Below, piece by piece: positions 58,046 to 64,000 of a stretch of DNA of 64,000 bases. This DNA is from a virus (taxonomy: Duplodnaviria; Caudoviricetes), in the IMG/VR virus record IMGVR_UViG_3300037602_000037. The stretch is one strand, 5' to 3'. The notes beneath the pieces are model-generated. The model was not told the origin of the DNA. It was given only the letters and a program-made list of their open reading frames with translations, and made no database searches. The first letter of the stretch is position 1, and each line of letters begins with the position of its first letter. Made by a program: the position numbers and the translations under genes.

Positions 58046-58447
58046 TTACGATTTCTTTGAACCAGAAGAACTCCCGGAGCTAGACGACGACCCGCTTCCA
58101 CTTCCAGAACCGGATGAACCAGAACCAGATGATCCACTTCCAGAACCGGACGATCCACTTCCACTAGCGGGTGCCGTAGCTTTCTTTTCTTTAGTGCCTG
58201 TAGGAAGTACCCCAGCCATTTGGTAATCTTCTGTAGAAGGGCTTACGGGACGGAATATGTTCATATTAGGTACTTGAATCAAGTTGGCGGATTCAACACG
58301 AATTGTAGTATTCGCCGGAACCTGAACAGAGTCATCGCCCGCCAACTTTATAATTTGTGGTACATTAGTTCGGTTCTTAATCCTAAAAATAGGAAATTCT
58401 TTTTTCAATTCCTCGAAAGGATTTTTCTTTGGCATTTTTAACTCCAT
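58046..58447 (-). CDS. virion protein with Ser/Gly low-complexity tail
   Basis: C-terminal (GS/SS)n. Confidence 0.6.
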   Translation of the reverse strand: MELKMPKKNPFEELKKEFPIFRIKNRTNVPQIIKLAGDDSVQVPANTTIRVESANLIQVPNMNIFRPVSPSTEDYQMAGVLPTGTKEKKATAPASGSGSSGSGSGSSGSGSSGSGSGSGSSSSSGSSSGSKKS

Positions 58448-58806
58448 TAGGCTGTGACGTAGGAAATAGAACTGGGTAATTGGATAGGATTATCCGATGG
58501 GTTGGATATAACAATCCCTACAGTATCTTCGCTACTAAAAGGAATTAATAAACAACCTAAAACGTTTAATGTGATAGTATTAGACCCAACAGTAATTGCT
58601 ACATTACAAGCAGCATCCTCAATTACTAAAGCAAATAGTCTAATGCCTTCCACATTTCCAACTGTATGAGATTCGTCTCTCTCAAGTTGTATATCAATGT
58701 TTGCAATTTCATTGGCCTCTTCAACAAAGGAAGCTGCTTTCAAGATATCCTGCCTGTTCCGCCTTTGAGTTTTAGACGTACTAAAACCGTAATTTAAAGT
58801 AACCAT
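58447..58806 (-). CDS. hypothetical virion protein
   Basis: Operon context. Confidence 0.6.
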   Translation of the reverse strand: MVTLNYGFSTSKTQRRNRQDILKAASFVEEANEIANIDIQLERDESHTVGNVEGIRLFALVIEDAACNVAITVGSNTITLNVLGCLLIPFSSEDTVGIVISNPSDNPIQLPSSISYVTA

Positions 58807-59568
58807 TTATTTATCCTCGTAAGGCGTAGTTTCATCACTGAAGAAATCGAGGTAGTTCAATTCGTTAGTGACTAGATCAATATATGTGCCATTATATATT
58901 TCTCTATTATATGCATCTGTTTCCCCCTCTTTGACTTTAACTACCACGCTATCAATAAGATTAATGGAACCTTGGTACCCTATGTAAGTTTCAAGAGTAA
59001 GTACAAATTGATATTGGTAAGCTACACCGGGAGAAGAAAAGTTGGCTTCCGGGATTTGAAGATTTGGATCTATATTAAGCGTCACGCCTACAGTAAAATC
59101 ACCAAGTGAAAGTTGAAATGCTTTTTTAGGTGCTTCCATTAACAATACATGGGCTAAGTCAATAACATGTTCTTGTGAATCTGTATTAAATACAAACCCA
59201 ATACCCAATTTAATTGGTCTTATTACTAAGTGAGTTGCAGACTTTTTAGTGAAATCTTTATTAACCGTTATGCCTTTTTCTCTACCAAAACCTTTATTAA
59301 AGCCACCTTTTTCACTGTCAAGACTAATGTCGGCTATAGCTCCTACAGCGTAGGGGTAGTCTAACTTACTTTCATTAGACCCGTCTTTTTCTCTGTTTTT
59401 ACTAGCAAATTCGCGTAAATTTTGCATATTACCAGTAAGCGCCGCGGCAAGATCCCTTCCGGACACTTCTTTAAATTCCTCCCTCAACCATTTAATAGTT
59501 TGAGCTATTGAAATGTTCAAGATAGGAGATTTGTTATATTTTCCATTGCTTTTTAGGTTAACACCCAC
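58807..59568 (-). CDS. putative neck/tail-completion protein
   Basis: Position between capsid and sheath genes. Confidence 0.45.
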   Translation of the reverse strand: MGVNLKSNGKYNKSPILNISIAQTIKWLREEFKEVSGRDLAAALTGNMQNLREFASKNREKDGSNESKLDYPYAVGAIADISLDSEKGGFNKGFGREKGITVNKDFTKKSATHLVIRPIKLGIGFVFNTDSQEHVIDLAHVLLMEAPKKAFQLSLGDFTVGVTLNIDPNLQIPEANFSSPGVAYQYQFVLTLETYIGYQGSINLIDSVVVKVKEGETDAYNREIYNGTYIDLVTNELNYLDFFSDETTPYEDK

Positions 59569-59581
59569 GGATTAAGCCTTT

Positions 59582-59944
59582 TCAAACCTTGGCTGAATTA
59601 GTAGGGCGACCTACCCTGGCTAATATGGAAGCCAATGAAGATCCTGACGAAGACTTTTCTACTTCATTGTCGTAGTCATCGGCTGAATAAAATTCCTCAT
59701 CCCCACTACTATCTTCATCCGTATCGTCATCGGTAGTATTAGCATCATAGAATAGACCATCTTCTTTTTCGACGTCTACTCCAGGAAATATATGTGCTTC
59801 AATATCTTCGGGATCCATTTCCTCTACTATTTCGCCTGCAAGCTCCATAAGATTAGAGAAAATATCAGCGTGCCCATCCTTATTAGACTGACAAGCAGAT
59901 ACCAAGACACCCTTTAAACGTTCAATAGAGGAAGTAGTTGTCAT
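59582..59944 (-). CDS. hypothetical acidic protein
   Basis: ORF track. Confidence 0.6.
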   Translation of the reverse strand: MTTTSSIERLKGVLVSACQSNKDGHADIFSNLMELAGEIVEEMDPEDIEAHIFPGVDVEKEDGLFYDANTTDDDTDEDSSGDEEFYSADDYDNEVEKSSSGSSLASILARVGRPTNSAKV

Positions 59945-59969
59945 TATTTTGATCCCTTTAAATACAATT

Positions 59970-60001
59970 AATGGGTAGGCCAGTTGCCCAGCCTACCCAT
60001 T
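59970..60001 (-). terminator. terminator after the major capsid gene
   Basis: AATGGGTAGGC/GCCTACCCATT. Confidence 0.7.
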
Positions 60002-60015
60002 TAGTTGCTCAATTG

Positions 60016-61092
60016 TTAGGTACGCTGACCGCGCGCGACCGAACGAGCGTTCGCGACTACCATTGAGATCATTTCATGCATAGCCCAACCACGAGCAGGA
60101 ACAAAGCGTTCAAACTCATCAACAGCGCGGGACTGCACAGGGTAACGCGAGGTATAGCCACCCAGGTACTCAGGAGCACCAAGAATGAAGAACTCACCAT
60201 CATTCAGAACTTGAAGTTCAGGCTGGCGGAAACCATCGGTAATAATAGTAGTACCGAGTACGTTACCGATACGACCAGTCTTGATGATTTCCCACTTAGA
60301 GATTGGGTCCCACCAAGTAGAGAACGTAGTACCAGTCGAAGCGTCGGTGAGCAGGTCCATAGCAACTATGGCTGCATTTACCGGGATACGCCAATGTTCA
60401 ACGTTACGCTTAATAGCGGCAAAGATTGCCGGAGTAAACGCACCAGAGAAGTTAGTAAGGTTGTTGCTAACACCGTCGGCAGCGCGAAGCATCTTAACTA
60501 GAATACGATCTTCTTCGACCATAATGGCTTCAAGACCTTCGAAGTACTTGTCGTCAAGAAGGTCAGACGACGACTGCATAAAGTCTTTTTCTTCAACGCG
60601 CGGCTGAGCTGTGACGTAAAATTCGTCAGCCGGGATAAAGTTTTCACGAACGTACTGTGGGTAGACCTGAGCCAGACCCTTAGTAGCAATAGCGTGAACG
60701 TTACGCTGCTTTACACGAATACGAGCAACAGAACCGTCTTCAATAGGCGAGTCCTTAAGGATAGTACGCATGAAACCTTCACGTTCCATACGTTCATTGA
60801 TTTCCATAGTAATAGCAGCACCAAGTTCGGCCCACGAATTACCAGCACGGTCGTAGTAGGCTTCTTTCAGAGCAGCACGACGTTCTGCAGCAGTCTCCAA
60901 AGACGACTGTGTTTCTTCGTGGCTATCCGGAACAAAGTTACCTTGCCTGATCTGTTTAGCAATTTCCGTGATTGCAAGAGCAAGCTCAGTGTTGTTACTA
61001 GCGTTAATATTACCGTCGTTATCGAGAATTTTGGAATCAGATCCAAAAATTCGTGCTTCTGCGACAGGTGTAGCTGATTTTCCAAGACGCAT
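60016..61092 (-). CDS. major capsid protein
   Basis: About 358 aa, biased codon usage, follows scaffold and decoration genes, followed by a terminator; AAGGA SD before ATG 61092. Confidence 0.8.
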   Translation of the reverse strand: MRLGKSATPVAEARIFGSDSKILDNDGNINASNNTELALAITEIAKQIRQGNFVPDSHEETQSSLETAAERRAALKEAYYDRAGNSWAELGAAITMEINERMEREGFMRTILKDSPIEDGSVARIRVKQRNVHAIATKGLAQVYPQYVRENFIPADEFYVTAQPRVEEKDFMQSSSDLLDDKYFEGLEAIMVEEDRILVKMLRAADGVSNNLTNFSGAFTPAIFAAIKRNVEHWRIPVNAAIVAMDLLTDASTGTTFSTWWDPISKWEIIKTGRIGNVLGTTIITDGFRQPELQVLNDGEFFILGAPEYLGGYTSRYPVQSRAVDEFERFVPARGWAMHEMISMVVANARSVARGQRT

Positions 61093-61139
61093 TGTTTTCA
61101 GTCCTTTTTTTGAATTCAAATCTATTTACTGTTTATAGA

Positions 61140-61853
61140 TTAGGGGTGGAAACGAAGGCCAAGAAGACCATTGTTTGCAGCAGAAGGTGCTTCGATAACC
61201 ATAGCATCCGTTTCTGTACCAGAACCACCGATAGTGTATACACCATCACCGATAGTAATCGCAGTACCAGCGTCGATGGAGTGCCAATCAACAGTAATGT
61301 CAAACATGCTGGTGTACAGGCGACCAGTAGTTAAAAGACCCTGGGTACCAATGCTGGTGGAGTTATTGATTGAAGCAAAACCGTCGAAACGATACTTCAT
61401 AATTGCTTCCTGGAGGGTAATGTCGTACTTGTAAGTAACTTCAATTACCAAGCCAGCCTGACCAGAATGCAGGGTAATAACACCATTACTGATAGAGTAG
61501 TTATTAGCGGTAGTTCCGGGGTTACCAGCGGTCTGAGCAGTACGAGTACCATTAGCAGCTATGGAAACAACGCGGATGTCGCTACCTTTCATAGTCTTGC
61601 TAAGAGTAATGGTATACGGACTCGAAGCAGGAGCCACGAAAGTTTCTACAATCGGAACAGTCGTAGGAGTAACCGGAACGCCAATAGCGCAACCAGCATA
61701 TTTCTCATCGGCAGTGTCAGTAGAAGGCTTGACGTACGCCTTGCCACCTTCAAACACGAAGGACATAGGAGTTCCTTCTTCCACAGTAGCAACACTAGAG
61801 TGCAGTTCCGCAACTCGTGTTTCAATCAGTTCTGATTTATTCATGTCGATCAT
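61140..61853 (-). CDS. head decoration/structural protein
   Basis: Between scaffold and capsid genes; beta-rich. Confidence 0.6.
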   Translation of the reverse strand: MIDMNKSELIETRVAELHSSVATVEEGTPMSFVFEGGKAYVKPSTDTADEKYAGCAIGVPVTPTTVPIVETFVAPASSPYTITLSKTMKGSDIRVVSIAANGTRTAQTAGNPGTTANNYSISNGVITLHSGQAGLVIEVTYKYDITLQEAIMKYRFDGFASINNSTSIGTQGLLTTGRLYTSMFDITVDWHSIDAGTAITIGDGVYTIGGSGTETDAMVIEAPSAANNGLLGLRFHP

Positions 61854-61888
61854 TGAATTGTTCCTTTTACAATGAAGGTTGGTAGTTA

Positions 61889-63613
61889 TTAACGCCCGAT
61901 TTTACGAACTAAGTCGCGGTAACGGTTTACCGGAACGCTTGGTTTGTCGTTAACGAAACCGTCATGTGCGACTTCCTTTTTAGCCTTCTTATCAGAAGGC
62001 AAGTAGGAAGAAGCAATTTCTTTAACGGGACCGCCGTTATTAGAACCAGCAACGAATTCTGCATTCGTAACCATTTCTGAGATACCCTTACGATAATCCT
62101 CGGAAGTAGTAGCGAGTTCCTTAGCTTTCTCAAGTATAGCACCGAAGTAACCACTAGACTTAGATGCTAGTGTCCTGCGAACCAAATTCTCTGCGTTAGC
62201 AACACCAGCTGTCTTTAACACAGAAGCCAGTTCGTTAACTAGATCATTTTTGGCAAGCGGGAACACACCTTTATTAACACCAAGAGCAGCAAGAGCTATA
62301 GTCTTATTCATAGCATTAATACTGTTTGCTACGTCTTTAGCCTTAGCTTCTTCAATAGCCGCTTTTTCCTTATTCAAGCGACGCTCAAAGATCTCTCCGA
62401 ATTTAACATCGAATTCACATGGTTCAAAACCAAAGGCCGCAAGTTCACTAGAAGCCATATTATCTTTGTTTTTGTAGAGAGTCGGTCTAAACGCCTTAAA
62501 CAAGCTATTACCAGAATTGAAAACAGCGGCGGCCGTTTCAGAAGCTTGCGATCGTTTAATAGTACCGATATGGGTACTACCAACAAACACAGCAACTTCT
62601 CCGCGATCTGTAGTAAGATCGGCCATACGTAGGCTATGGTCGAAGTTAGCAAATTCAGCGGCGTAAACCTTTACATTTGCTTTTTCGACAGTACGCTGAG
62701 TTCCCTTAATCATGAGGAAACCATCGTCGTCATTCATTTCATCGATTTTGATAGTCAGTACACTACCATCTTCATCATTCTTGAACACAACGGTATCGGT
62801 TTTAAGCACTTTAACTACAGAACCCTTCATAGGTTCACCACGACCATTATCTACAGTGGCCTTAGCTTTGTACTTATCTAACATAGCCTTGAGTTCAGTA
62901 CCCTCAGAAGTAAATTCGTTATCGTCTTCACCGCTGGCTAAATCGACTACTTTACCATCGTCATCGTCTTTAGACATCTTCGAAGTAGAATCGTCTACCT
63001 CGTCAATATCGTTATCCGAATCGTCGTCATCGTCCGAGTCGTCATCTGAATCATCGTCCGAATCGTCATCTGAATCGTCATCTGAATCGTCATTTGACAT
63101 TTCTAAACTGTCGTCATCAGAATCATCATCCGAGTCGTCATCGGAATTCATATCCAGATCTTCCAGACCGTCGTCATCATCCGAGTCGTCATCGTCCAAT
63201 GACATATCACTGTCATCGTCTGAGTCATCGTCCGACTCTTCATAAGAGTAAGCGGTTTCAACCCCAGTAATTGGGCAGTACATAGACTCGTTTACCATAA
63301 CGAATGCGAGTTCGGAGTTAACACCTACTAGAGAACCATCAGCTTCAGAGCGCATAGTAACCAAGTCATTTAGACTATTAAAATCGTCGCCACTAATAAC
63401 TGTTTCAGAAGCGTTCTCTAACGCTGACAAGGAAGCACCGCTTACGGGAGAATGAATAGACTCAAGGTTAGAAACCAAAGACAGATCTCCATCAGTGAAC
63501 AAACGAAGTGTAGTTTGTTCCGCGGCAACTTCCTTCTCCGAAAGGAATACGATAACCATTGGGTCCGAGCAATCGGCCAGCTGGCTACCAAGTTTTGTAA
63601 ATTTCTTTGGCAT
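61889..63613 (-). CDS. putative prohead scaffold protein with acidic (DDDS)n tract
   Basis: Position upstream of capsid genes; long Asp/Ser repeat. Confidence 0.55.
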   Translation of the reverse strand: MPKKFTKLGSQLADCSDPMVIVFLSEKEVAAEQTTLRLFTDGDLSLVSNLESIHSPVSGASLSALENASETVISGDDFNSLNDLVTMRSEADGSLVGVNSELAFVMVNESMYCPITGVETAYSYEESDDDSDDDSDMSLDDDDSDDDDGLEDLDMNSDDDSDDDSDDDSLEMSNDDSDDDSDDDSDDDSDDDSDDDDDSDNDIDEVDDSTSKMSKDDDDGKVVDLASGEDDNEFTSEGTELKAMLDKYKAKATVDNGRGEPMKGSVVKVLKTDTVVFKNDEDGSVLTIKIDEMNDDDGFLMIKGTQRTVEKANVKVYAAEFANFDHSLRMADLTTDRGEVAVFVGSTHIGTIKRSQASETAAAVFNSGNSLFKAFRPTLYKNKDNMASSELAAFGFEPCEFDVKFGEIFERRLNKEKAAIEEAKAKDVANSINAMNKTIALAALGVNKGVFPLAKNDLVNELASVLKTAGVANAENLVRRTLASKSSGYFGAILEKAKELATTSEDYRKGISEMVTNAEFVAGSNNGGPVKEIASSYLPSDKKAKKEVAHDGFVNDKPSVPVNRYRDLVRKIGR

Positions 63614-63730
63614 TTTTTGCCTCCAAAGGGTGAAAGTTGCTATAACAAAAACTTTGTTACAATATAGAATTAACGATACCTAGCTAAATAAAGGTAAATC
63701 CGTAGTGTTTCCTTATAGGTAGTATACGCA

Positions 63731-63777
63731 CAATAAAACCGGCTACCCATATTCAAGAGAAATAGCCGGTTTTATTG
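63731..63777. terminator. terminator hairpin
   Basis: CAATAAAACCGGCTA/TAGCCGGTTTTATTG. Confidence 0.7.
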
Positions 63778-63801
63778 AATAATTATAGAAGTTTGGAGGA
63801 A

Positions 63802-64000
63802 TCAATTAGTAATTGGTAGAGTAATCTCAATCTTAAGTATATTTTTGCTATCAGCAAAACTGTCATTTGCCGTAACAGCGCCTTCTAGATTCCTTGAATA
63901 AAAAGTATTTATCATTTTATCTACAGTTTTACTATCCATCGTCTTAGGCCATTTAATAGTTCCCTTCAATTCGAAGGTACTTAAAGAACCAGAATAATTT
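63802..64000 (-). CDS. 3' end of a gene truncated by the window edge
   Basis: Open frame ...NILKIEITLPITN* ending at TGA 63802. Confidence 0.5.
   Translation of the reverse strand, partial: NYSGSLSTFELKGTIKWPKTMDSKTVDKMINTFYSRNLEGAVTANDSFADSKNILKIEITLPITN

Overview
AT-rich segment of a large lytic myovirus genome. The host is probably an alphaproteobacterium (inference from tRNA style and accessory genes). Plus strand 1-24.4 kb: replication and nucleotide metabolism genes (family A DNA polymerase, Cas4-like nuclease, P-loop kinase, dUTPase, ThyA, QueC-like, MazG-like), many small accessory ORFs, and a tRNA/ncRNA region (13.5-19.1 kb). Minus strand 24.4-64 kb: the virion and lysis operon (scaffold, major capsid protein, sheath, three tube paralogues, chaperones, tape measure/lysin, baseplate, branched tail fibres, GH19 endolysin, spanins, PAAR). 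The most striking signal occurs twice: a cassette of [intact tRNA + HNH endonuclease gene] sits inside another tRNA gene. The two halves of the interrupted tRNA still flank the cassette and can form a full acceptor stem (15437-16242: Lys(UUU)+HNH inside a Val-like tRNA; 17048-17753: CAU tRNA+HNH inside an Ile-like tRNA). The region also holds several non-tRNA structured RNA modules. Other notable items are a DfrB/R67-like protein, a free-standing sheath C-terminal domain with a Tat-like leader, three frameshift candidates and a duplication scar. All assignments come from reading the sequence and recognising motifs by eye; no searches were run.
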